The translations under genes were made by a program, and so were the position numbers. A stretch of DNA of 11,418 bases, from positions 1-11,418 of the forward strand of contig JBHJHA010000013.1 of the NCBI GenBank assembly GCA_050331235.1, written 5' to 3'. Positions 1-9,350 of the stretch are shown one piece after another. Below the pieces are notes generated by a model, which saw only the letters and a list, made by a program, of their open reading frames with translations, was not told the origin of the DNA and did no database searches. This DNA is from Leptolyngbyaceae cyanobacterium. GTDB lineage: Bacteria > Cyanobacteriota > Cyanobacteriia > Phormidesmidales > Phormidesmidaceae. The number at the start of each line of letters is the position of its first letter. Positions within the stretch are counted from its first letter, which is position 1.

Positions 1-965
1 CCCTTGCTGAGCCGCCGTCGCAGCTCCCCCAGCTGGCTAAGGTCCTGGCTAATGCGGGGTAGATCCTGGGCGGCGCGGATATCGACAACTGGCTCGCTGA
101 CTATTTTGCTATAGAGCAGGGGATTGCTCGCAGTCCCTTGACCCAGCGACTGGTCGAGCGCCTCAAAATTCAACTATCGGATAAGCCACAGGCGACGGAG
201 ACCTTTTTTGATGATGAAACGCTGGAAAGCCTCTCGCTGAAACTTGATCGGGCCACGTTTGAGAATATCTTACTGCAGCAGCAATTTTTTGCTCGGCTGG
301 ATGCTTGCCTAGAGCAGACGCTACAGCAGGCAAGGCGGCACGGCGTCAGCCGCGACGATATTGATGCGGTGTTGCTAGTGGGGGGAACGGCCCAGATTCC
401 AGCGGTGCAGCAGTGGCTAGCGGGCTACTTTCCTGCCGCTAAGATCCGGGGCGATCGCCCCTTTACCGCTGTGGCCGAGGGAGCTCTGCGGGTGCAGCAA
501 GGCATCGAACTCACCGACTTTCTTTACCACAGCTATGGTGTCCGCTATTGGGACCGGCGTAATCGGCGACATGGTTGGCAGCCGATCATTCGCGCTGGTC
601 AACCCTATCCCTCCTTAGAGCCGGTGGAAATCGTTCTGGGAGCCGCCTCGGACAATCAACCCAGCATTGAGCTCGTGGTCGGCGAATTGGGGAACGAGGC
701 AGACTTGACAACAACGGAAGTATTTTTTGAGGGCGATCGCCTGGTCACGCGGCAGTCGCAAACCCCTGCTCAGCAGGTCCAGCCGCTCAACGATAGCGGG
801 ACTGGGCGCACCATTGCTCAGCTCACGCCACCAGGGATGCCGGGGAGTGATCGCATTCGTGTCCAGTTTGAGATGGATGGCGATCGCACCCTCTGCATCA
901 CCGTCGAAGATATCCTCACGGGCGAGACCCTGTTAGAAAACCAGCCCGTCGTACAGTTGAGTTGA
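1..965 (+). pseudogene. Atypical Hsp70/DnaK-family protein, 3' part (5' end outside window), interrupted by an in-frame TAG at 60-62; pseudogene or sequence error
   Basis: The frame from base 3 reads LAEPPSQLPQLAKVLANAG*ILGGADIDNWLADYF and runs in frame into the 138..965 ORF. Hsp70 nucleotide-binding-domain motifs LGGxDID, ERLKIQLS, VLLVGGTAQIPAVQ and AVAEGA are present, followed by a short SBD-beta-like C-terminus. The TTG start at 138 in the ORF track results from the amber codon. Confidence 0.85.
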
Positions 966-1042
966 TGAACCGTGTGCAAGGGGTGAAACTCCTCCGCGGC
1001 AAAGGTTTAGCCCTACTTCGGCAACCCACTCGCCAAGTCAAT

Positions 1043-1072
1043 TTGAGGAATAGCCCCTAGCCTCAAGGGGCT
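1043..1072 (+). promoter_or_regulatory. Hairpin / alternative pairing in the thrC leader
   Basis: AGCCCCT (1052-1058) pairs with AGGGGCT (1066-1072). TTGAGG (1043-1048) can also pair with CCTCAA (1061-1066). Confidence 0.3.
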
Positions 1073-1085
1073 TGCTACGAGCATA

Positions 1086-2483
<1,398 letters not shown>

Positions 2484-2516
2484 TAAGCATCCAACGCCTG
2501 CCTTGTAGGGCACCGA

Positions 2517-4124
2517 CTAGCGACGGCGGAACCGCGATCGCACTCGGTTGACCAGCAGAGTCGCCTCAGGAACTCGCAGGGCCAGGGTACCCAAACTAAA
2601 GACGGCAAGCCCCACAGCGCTGGCGATCGCCAACTGTCCCAAACGGTTGATAAAGCCTTCGATGCCTAGAACTTGCTCCAGGCCCAGCCGCGTGCCCCAG
2701 GTAGCGATACCGGCTACGCCGCTGAGCATGGTCAGCATCAAGATAGTTTTGCCCCAAGCTAGCCAGGGCAGGCCGTTGAGCTTGCGATCAAGCAGGATGA
2801 CCATGGCGATGGTTGAGGTGATATTCACTCCGACGGTAGCCAGCACCAATCCCGGTGCGCCGAACCACCGAATGAAGAAATAGTCCAGCACCACGTTCAG
2901 GCCAATGTTGACCAGACTAATGCGAAACGGGGTTTGGCCATCGCCCAAGGCGTAATAGACCCGCACCAGCACATCCCGGGCCAGATACACAAACATGCCG
3001 AGCCCATAGGCTATCAGCACCGCCGTCACCACTTCCGCCGCGGCGAGGTCAAAGGCTCCCCGCTCATAAATTACCTGCACAATGGGTAGAGCCAGGGTCA
3101 TGATTAGTACCCCCAGCGGCAGCATTGTTAGCGCTACCATCATCAGGCTTTGGCGAATGCGATCTTTGAGCTCGGGCCAGTCTTCTGGTGAGGCAAGGCG
3201 GGCAAAGATGGGCAGAAAGGGCACCAAAATGACGTTGGAAATGATCCCTAAGGGCGTCTGCACCAGCAGGTTGGCGTAGCCCAGCGCGGCGGCTGTCCCG
3301 GGAATATAGGAGGCGAAGAACAGATCGGTAAAAACGTTGATCTGCATCATGCCCGAAGAAAATGTGGCAGGAGCCAAAATCTTGAACACATCCCGGACGC
3401 CCGGATCGCCCCAATTGAACCGCAGGCGGAGGCGACCTAGCCCTGATCGCCACAGGGCTGGTAGCTGCACCAGCCACTGCATCACTGCCCCTAACAGGGT
3501 GGTGCCGGCGAGGACCATACCGCCCAGCATGAAATAGTCGGGTTGAGTAATGTCGTTGCCAATGGCGGCGTAGAGCAGCCCCAGGCCAACAATCACCGCC
3601 ACGCTCGAGAACATAGGGCTGACGGAAGGTAGCCAGTACTGATCATCGGCATTAAGGGTGCCAAAGCCGATGCCAATGAGCCCCGCAAAAATTGCCATCG
3701 GGGCCATGATCTGAAGCTGACGAATGGCGATCGCCCGGGCCAGCGGTTCCGTCTCTTCTAAGCCTTGGGCGACGAAATCAATGATCGGTGCAGCAAAGAC
3801 GACCATGCCCAGCGCCACCCCTAACAAGACCACCGTTACTAGGGTGCTGATGGACTCCACTAGGGGACCAATGTCTTCGCGATCGCGCTTGGCTACCACG
3901 CTGACGATGGCGCTGTGAAACGGACCGTTGATGCCCCCCAGCAGTACCAGCAAAAAGCCCGGAATCACATAGGCAAAGTTATAGGCATCAGCCACTGGAC
4001 CGACCGCAAACGCGGCGGCGATCGCCTGCTGTCGGACCAGGCCAAAGACCTTGCTAATCAGCGTTGCTGCCGCCACGATAGTGGCGATATTCGCTAGAGA
4101 GCGCGTAGGTTTAGTTTCAGACAC
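2517..4124 (-). CDS. murJ: Lipid II flippase MurJ (MviN)
   Basis: Polytopic membrane protein with ATLISKVFGLVRQ, GGINGPFHSA, QINVFTDLFFAS, IYERGAF and RVYYALGDGQTPF motifs. The start is probably GTG at 4124 (MSETKPTRSL); the ORF track extends to 4151. Confidence 0.95.
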   Translation of the reverse strand: MSETKPTRSLANIATIVAAATLISKVFGLVRQQAIAAAFAVGPVADAYNFAYVIPGFLLVLLGGINGPFHSAIVSVVAKRDREDIGPLVESISTLVTVVLLGVALGMVVFAAPIIDFVAQGLEETEPLARAIAIRQLQIMAPMAIFAGLIGIGFGTLNADDQYWLPSVSPMFSSVAVIVGLGLLYAAIGNDITQPDYFMLGGMVLAGTTLLGAVMQWLVQLPALWRSGLGRLRLRFNWGDPGVRDVFKILAPATFSSGMMQINVFTDLFFASYIPGTAAALGYANLLVQTPLGIISNVILVPFLPIFARLASPEDWPELKDRIRQSLMMVALTMLPLGVLIMTLALPIVQVIYERGAFDLAAAEVVTAVLIAYGLGMFVYLARDVLVRVYYALGDGQTPFRISLVNIGLNVVLDYFFIRWFGAPGLVLATVGVNITSTIAMVILLDRKLNGLPWLAWGKTILMLTMLSGVAGIATWGTRLGLEQVLGIEGFINRLGQLAIASAVGLAVFSLGTLALRVPEATLLVNRVRSRFRRR

Positions 4125-4324
4125 GGACGATTTTCCAGCGAGCAACACCAACTAGGCTACCGGCAGATCTCCTCAAGTCTAATTTATTGGAGACAGCCAC
4201 AAAACATTTAATAGCGAATCTGGAACGAAATATCGGCGTTGACAGAGGAACTGACGAGTCACGCACATTGTGGCAGCGCTGTACGTAAAGCTAGAGTTTA
4301 GCAGCGGGGTGGAATTGCTTGAGC

Positions 4325-5104
4325 ATGGAACGACGAGCCTTATTAAAGCTGTTGGCGGCGAGCAGCGTTAGCACCATAGCAAGTATGGCTTTTGTGCCCG
4401 CGAGGCAAACCATTGCCAAAGCTGCGACTATTGACTGGAACTATACGGGTACAGACGGTCCCGACAACTGGGGCAACCTATCTGCAGCGTATCAAGCTTG
4501 CCAAACGGGACAGCAACAGTCCCCCATTGATTTAGAAGGGGCGATCGCTTCGCCGCACTCCGACCTCGATATCGTTTACCGGCCGATGCCGCTCACTATT
4601 CAAAACACCGGCCATACCATCCAAGTAACGGCAGCACCGGGGAACTGGGTCGCGGTAGATGGAGAACCCTTTGAGCTACAACAGTTCCATTTTCATACCC
4701 CTAGCGAACATATTCTAGAGCACATGGCCTATGCCATGGAGATGCACTTGGTACATCAAAATGCAGATGGCGAGCTGTTGGTGCTGGGCGTTTTTTTGGC
4801 AGAAGGAGCAGAAAACCCCGATTTGCGATCGCTGTGGGCTGCGATGCCGCCTCACAAGTCAGCACCCCGCACCATCCCCGAGGTTAAGATTGACCTGTTG
4901 CAGTTGCTTCCCCGCGATTGCCGCTACTACTTTTACAAAGGGTCGCTGACTACCCCACCCTGCTCGGAACGGGTGCGGTGGATCGTGCTGCAGCAGTCGA
5001 TTGGGGTATCACCGGCGCAAGTTGCCCAGTTCCAACGGTTGTTTCTGGCTAACGCCCGTCCGGTGCAGCCGCGCAATCAGCGATCGGTATTTGAGTCTGA
5101 CTGA
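4325..5104 (+). CDS. ecaA: Alpha-class carbonic anhydrase with twin-arginine signal peptide (EcaA-like, periplasmic)
   Basis: Contains WNY..GPDNW, QQSPID, NTGHTIQV, the zinc-ligand motifs QFHFH and EMHLVH, GSLTTPPCSE and NARPVQP. The N-terminus is MERRALLKLL followed by a hydrophobic stretch and an AKA cleavage-like site. ATG at 4325 is preferred over TTG at 4319. Confidence 0.92.
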   Translation: MERRALLKLLAASSVSTIASMAFVPARQTIAKAATIDWNYTGTDGPDNWGNLSAAYQACQTGQQQSPIDLEGAIASPHSDLDIVYRPMPLTIQNTGHTIQVTAAPGNWVAVDGEPFELQQFHFHTPSEHILEHMAYAMEMHLVHQNADGELLVLGVFLAEGAENPDLRSLWAAMPPHKSAPRTIPEVKIDLLQLLPRDCRYYFYKGSLTTPPCSERVRWIVLQQSIGVSPAQVAQFQRLFLANARPVQPRNQRSVFESD

Positions 5105-5133
5105 GTGCAGCTGGGGCATGAATAGCCCGCGGC

Positions 5134-7110
5134 CTAGCGAACTGGCTCATCTGAAAGGAACTGCCGCATAAACATGATGTTGGTGTAGAACTGGTAATCG
5201 ATATTTTGCTTTTTGGAAAAGCCGTGGCCTTCGTCAGTAGCTACGAGGTACCACACGGGAATGTCTCGCGATCGCAAAATCTCTACTAACTGCTCGGCCT
5301 CGCTCAGGGGTACACGGGGATCGTTAGCCCCGTGGACAACCAGCATCGGATTTTGGATACTGTCGGCGTTGTTCAATGGCGAAATATCCAGCAAAAACGC
5401 TCGCATCTCGGGGTCGCGTTCGTCGCCATACTCCACCCGGCGTAGATCACGGCGATAGTCGCCAGTATTTTCCAAAAAGGTGACGAAGTTGGAGATGCCA
5501 ACGACATTGATCGAGGCGCGAATGCGATCGCTGTAATTGGTTGCTACTGCCAGTGACATGTAGCCGCCATAGCTAACGCCGCTGACTAAGACGCGATCGC
5601 CGTTGAGGGTCGGTTCCCTATCAATCCAGTCCAGCAGGGTGCCGATATCTTTGACGGAGTCTTCACGTCGATAGCCGTTATCGAGCTTGGTAAAGGTCTT
5701 GCCATAGCCAGTTGAGCCCCGCACATTAGGAAAGAGAATGGCGATGCCAAGTTCATTGATATAGTAATTGAGGCGACCTAGATAGGAGGGGCGAAATTGG
5801 CCTTCGGGTCCGCCATGGATATACATCGCAACCGGTCGTGGCCCTGGGAACTTGTCAGCGGGAGGGCGATAGAGGAAGCCAGTAATTGTACGCCCGTCAA
5901 AGCTTTCCCAACTGATGAGCTCTGGTTCCGCAAAGCTGTCGGTGTTGAGCCCAGCGGTTTCACTTTGGGTCCAGCGCTGTATCTGCCCCCGCGCCGGGTT
6001 AAAGGAAAACACATCGGCGGTAGATCGCGCTGACAGCAAGGTAAAGCCGATTTCCTCTCCAGATGGGTGCCATTCTAGACCCCGCAGCCGCCCCGCAGAA
6101 ATGGCTGAAATCTGTTGCTGTTCACCGGTGGCGGCATCCATCAGATAAAGAATACTCGCGCCGTTTTCGTTCAGAATGATGGCAATCTGCTCACCGTTGA
6201 GTGATAGAGCAACCGCTTCCACGTTCCAGGGGATGTTGTCAGTAAGGTGAGTGAGGTTCTGAGTTGCTAAATCTAGCGTCCCTAGGTGCAAAAATTCAGA
6301 GTCGCGATCGCTCACCACATACAGTTGCTCTCCCGTGGGATTGAAGATCGCTTCCAAATACGCTACGGACTCGGATTGTGGTTCGGTGAGGCGAGTTCTA
6401 TCACCCGTTTCAACATCGAAGAGCCAGAGGTAAGTCTCATTGATGGAAATATACTGAATCACAGCAATCTGGGAGTCGTCGGGGGACCAATCGGTAGGAA
6501 ACCAGCCACCGCCTTCAACTTCAGCCAGCCGGCGATCACTCTCCGGTTCCTGAGGATTCATAATGTAGAGATCACTGTCAGCACCGTTGCGCCGATTCGA
6601 GGTGTAGACAATGCGATCACCAGCTGTAGACCAAACCCCAGCGCTGTTGCGGGAAGTGCCATCGGTCAGCAGAGTCACGGCACCAGTAGCCATGTCATAG
6701 CGAAAGGTTTGGTTAGCCTCAGTACCGCCAATGTCTTTGCTGAAGAGGAAGTATTCCCCCTCTGTGGGCTGATAGCTGACTTGGGAAACACCCTCATCAA
6801 AAAAGGTGAGCTGATATCGCGTTCCCAACGGTTCACCCACGCGGTGGACCTGACTGGTATCCCCAAAACGGGTGGAAATCAGCATCTCGCGTCGGGTCGG
6901 GTGCCAGCTTTGTAATGCAGCCGTGCGGAACTGGGTGTAGCGATCAGCCCGCTCCACCAGCTCCATGGGAATAGAGGGAATATTTTCAATAATCAGATTT
7001 TCGCCCGGGACTAGTATCGGTTCAGCCGAGTGAGCCGGTTCGAGATTAGTAGGTAAGACAGCAAAGAGGGCAAAGGCAACTGCCAGGAGAAAAAATTTGG
7101 ATTTTCGCAT
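5134..7110 (-). CDS. Secreted S9-family (prolyl oligopeptidase / acylaminoacyl peptidase-like) serine peptidase with N-terminal beta-propeller
   Basis: Sec-type signal peptide (MRKSKFFLLAVAFALFAV), propeller-like repeats (WSPD, FNP, WHP), HGGP, NVRGSTGYG, nucleophile motif GVSYGG, Asp in NDPRV and His in DEGHGF. Confidence 0.93.
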   Translation of the reverse strand: MRKSKFFLLAVAFALFAVLPTNLEPAHSAEPILVPGENLIIENIPSIPMELVERADRYTQFRTAALQSWHPTRREMLISTRFGDTSQVHRVGEPLGTRYQLTFFDEGVSQVSYQPTEGEYFLFSKDIGGTEANQTFRYDMATGAVTLLTDGTSRNSAGVWSTAGDRIVYTSNRRNGADSDLYIMNPQEPESDRRLAEVEGGGWFPTDWSPDDSQIAVIQYISINETYLWLFDVETGDRTRLTEPQSESVAYLEAIFNPTGEQLYVVSDRDSEFLHLGTLDLATQNLTHLTDNIPWNVEAVALSLNGEQIAIILNENGASILYLMDAATGEQQQISAISAGRLRGLEWHPSGEEIGFTLLSARSTADVFSFNPARGQIQRWTQSETAGLNTDSFAEPELISWESFDGRTITGFLYRPPADKFPGPRPVAMYIHGGPEGQFRPSYLGRLNYYINELGIAILFPNVRGSTGYGKTFTKLDNGYRREDSVKDIGTLLDWIDREPTLNGDRVLVSGVSYGGYMSLAVATNYSDRIRASINVVGISNFVTFLENTGDYRRDLRRVEYGDERDPEMRAFLLDISPLNNADSIQNPMLVVHGANDPRVPLSEAEQLVEILRSRDIPVWYLVATDEGHGFSKKQNIDYQFYTNIMFMRQFLSDEPVR

Positions 7111-7367
7111 AGCCTCTATCTTTGCCGATTAATATCAATTCTGCAAAATACCGCTAATGCTTATCTCCACTATCAGTTCTACTAGCTATCTCAGTTCCGC
7201 ACGGCTACCGGCGATCGCCAAAATTTCGACTGGGCATCCCTTTGAGCAGCTTGTGTCGAATGGATAGCTGATCAAAGAGGCCATCGGGGGCACTCAAGAG
7301 GGACCATTCACCCCGTTATCATCTCATTCAAAATCAAAAAGTCAGTCCTCCAGGGCTTAATCTCAGG

Positions 7368-8021
7368 TTACTCGGCCCACTGTCGAGTCAAATTGGCCAA
7401 ACTCTTGCAAAGCAGATCAAATTCATCTGTCTTGCCAGCTTGGTTGTAGAGGGAACAGCGAACGGTATCAAGATCGAACAAAATCTCACGCTGGGCAGGA
7501 TCTTTAACCCAGCTTTGCACCCAGCCCACAGCTGCCAATCGAACACCAGATATGACGGGATCAACGCGATGTAAGGTGGACGAGGGATAGACGATCGCTG
7601 ATCCTGCCGGATATTTATAACTGCGTTCATCGTCAGCGCCTTCCATCACAAATTCGCCGCCTTCGTAGGTAGCCGGGTCCGACAAAAAGACCGTGAAGGA
7701 TACATCAGAGCGATACTGGCCCATCAAAGCATTGTCCGTATGTCGGCCATATTCCATACCTGTCTCATAGCGGCTCAGCAACATGGAATGAATCTGTTTA
7801 GGACGCACTGCGGACTGAAACAGAGGATGTTGTGATAGGGCTGATCGGATCAACGACCGGAGATCTTTGGCTTCCTCGCCTTTTACTTGATAATTATGTT
7901 TGACCTGTTTGGCATACCAGCCAGCCGTCAACTTGCCATCAATAAACTCAGCCTAGGATAACTGGATCTGGATGTTGGCGATCGCTTCAGCAGACAGTAC
8001 GTCAGGAATTTGAAAAATCAT
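7368..8021 (-). pseudogene. piuC: PKHD-type Fe(II)/2-oxoglutarate-dependent hydroxylase (PiuC/YbiX family) with in-frame TAG at codon 23; pseudogene or sequence error
   Basis: ATG at 8021 gives MIFQIPDVLSAEAIANIQIQLS*AEFIDGKLTAGWYAK, continuing in frame into the 7368..7931 ORF (654 bp in total). Motifs include HxD (RHTDNA), YEGGE, YPSSTLHRV, RLAAVGWVQS and REILFDLD. The amber is CTA at 7953-7955 on the + strand. Confidence 0.88.
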
Positions 8022-8100
8022 AGGTCAAGACGGTAGAAGAGCGAGCCAAAAATTGACTCACCCATATCAAATTAATTTTCGTTATGAGGGCGTTGCATGG

Positions 8101-8122
8101 AAAAAGCCCTCAAACGAGGGCT
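8101..8122 (-). terminator. Candidate intrinsic terminator between the histidine-phosphatase gene and piuC
   Basis: The minus strand reads AGCCCTC-GTTT-GAGGGCT followed by a short T run (A5 at 8101-8105 on +). The 7-bp stem is perfect. Confidence 0.5.
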
Positions 8123-8253
8123 GTCAAGGTTTTGAGACATGATTTTGCCGAAGTGAATGAAATCAATGACTTTAAGTAGGAAAGCAATCGCCCAAAGACC
8201 GTGTTGTGCTGAGGAAGTCAGACATGCTAGGGCGATCGCATTGAGAACTGTCC

Positions 8254-8988
8254 CTAATCCGGAATCAGCGCCCAATCTTCAGGCGTCATGTTAGCGACCA
8301 GATCAAAACCGCCGTTGCCATCAGGCTTGACAACATAGGCCATACCCTGGGGCTCAGGATAGATACCAGTCGCCGACTCAAATACGTCATCGTGGCCCAC
8401 AAGAATGGTGTTCACACCCACTGGCGGCATCGCTGTCAGATAAGGCATGACGTTGCTACGCATAAAAGCAAACTGCTCATCGGTATACTCTTCAGCTGGG
8501 AAGAAGTTGAGCGCTGGAGTCTTCTCATATTCACCAAATGCGATGAATGCTGTCTGCCAAGCCCGGCAATATTGACTAGTAATGACATCACCCACAGGGA
8601 TGTCCAGATTTTCAAAGGCTGCGCCGATGACTGCTGATTGACGCCAACCATATTCACTCAGGGCACGTTGGGTAGAGCAGTCATTTAGATCGATGCTGGG
8701 ATCAGCTTGGTCAGCGTAGTCCTTCTCGGTTTGAGCATGGCGGAAGTAGATAACATAACCACCCCTGCGCAACTCATCAACTAAATCAGCCGCCTCTAGC
8801 TGATCTTCAAATTCAGCAGAGTAGCCACCTTCGCCGCCTTCACCGCCATCGGCAGGCAACTCTGATGAGAGACCTGATAGTTCTGAACCTTCTGCATCAA
8901 CTGGCTCCGCGGCAATCACCCCCGGTGCAGTTACAGCCAAAAAACTGGATGCCAAGAAAAGCTCGATAGGCTTGAGTCGTTGTGCCAT
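8254..8988 (-). CDS. Secreted histidine phosphatase superfamily protein (PGAM/SixA-like) with acidic Gly-rich linker
   Basis: Signal-peptide-like N-terminus, catalytic RHA motif (YFRHAQT), SQYCRAWQTA and LVGHD. A GGEGGEGG segment precedes the domain. AAAGGA SD lies upstream of the ATG. Confidence 0.85.
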   Translation of the reverse strand: MAQRLKPIELFLASSFLAVTAPGVIAAEPVDAEGSELSGLSSELPADGGEGGEGGYSAEFEDQLEAADLVDELRRGGYVIYFRHAQTEKDYADQADPSIDLNDCSTQRALSEYGWRQSAVIGAAFENLDIPVGDVITSQYCRAWQTAFIAFGEYEKTPALNFFPAEEYTDEQFAFMRSNVMPYLTAMPPVGVNTILVGHDDVFESATGIYPEPQGMAYVVKPDGNGGFDLVANMTPEDWALIPD

Positions 8989-9026
8989 TGCAGTTGAGAA
9001 TCCTTTCCATGAAGATTGCTAGAGAG

Positions 9027-9057
9027 AGCGTACTTTATATTGCAAATCATTGTCAAT
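9027..9057 (-). promoter_or_regulatory. Sigma70-type promoter overlapped by a Fur-box-like palindrome
   Basis: Minus strand: TTGACA (9056-9051), 18 nt spacer, TACGCT (9032-9027). The 19-bp imperfect palindrome ATTGCAAAT-C-ATTGTCAAT (9039-9057, 7 of 9 positions paired) covers the -35 and the spacer. A piuC-family gene lies downstream. Confidence 0.65.
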
Positions 9058-9350
9058 AAAAATATCAGTGTTTTCTGAAGAACTGCATCTACAGAATATC
9101 AGAACCGCTACACAGGCATCTTGATCTCCATAATTCAAAAGCTTTAGGCCTTGTAAACAAGGCAAATACTTTAGTTAAACAGCAATAAGCTTGTTTCCGC
9201 CAGGCTTGATGAAATGCATTGAAGACGACAACCAGTTGCATTAATTCGGCAAATTGAACTGAAACGCAGAAGCGAATACTACTGCGATTTACTGTCATCT
9301 ATTAGAAAGTTTGCTTTGTGCCAAAACGTTTGCCCCATCAGAAGGCTGGG

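Noticed and set aside
960..985. TGATGAACCGTGTGCAAG resembles part of a SAM-II riboswitch upstream of thrC
   Set aside because: I could not find a P1 helix flanking it or an appropriately placed 3' GCTAAA-type pseudoknot tail, and it overlaps the upstream stop codon.
2484..2516. Bidirectional terminators at the convergent thrC/murJ and ecaA/peptidase junctions
   Set aside because: Only 4-5 bp stems without U tracts are present, which is too weak to call.
6286..6915. 209-aa ORF antisense to the S9 peptidase, and other short overlapping ORFs in the track
   Set aside because: These are antisense or alternative-frame shadows of well-supported genes with no protein-family features.
8072..8275. 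67-aa ORF between the phosphatase and piuC, and the 69-aa ORF at 9089-9298
   Set aside because: Neither has family motifs. The first overlaps the upstream gene end and runs through a terminator-like hairpin.
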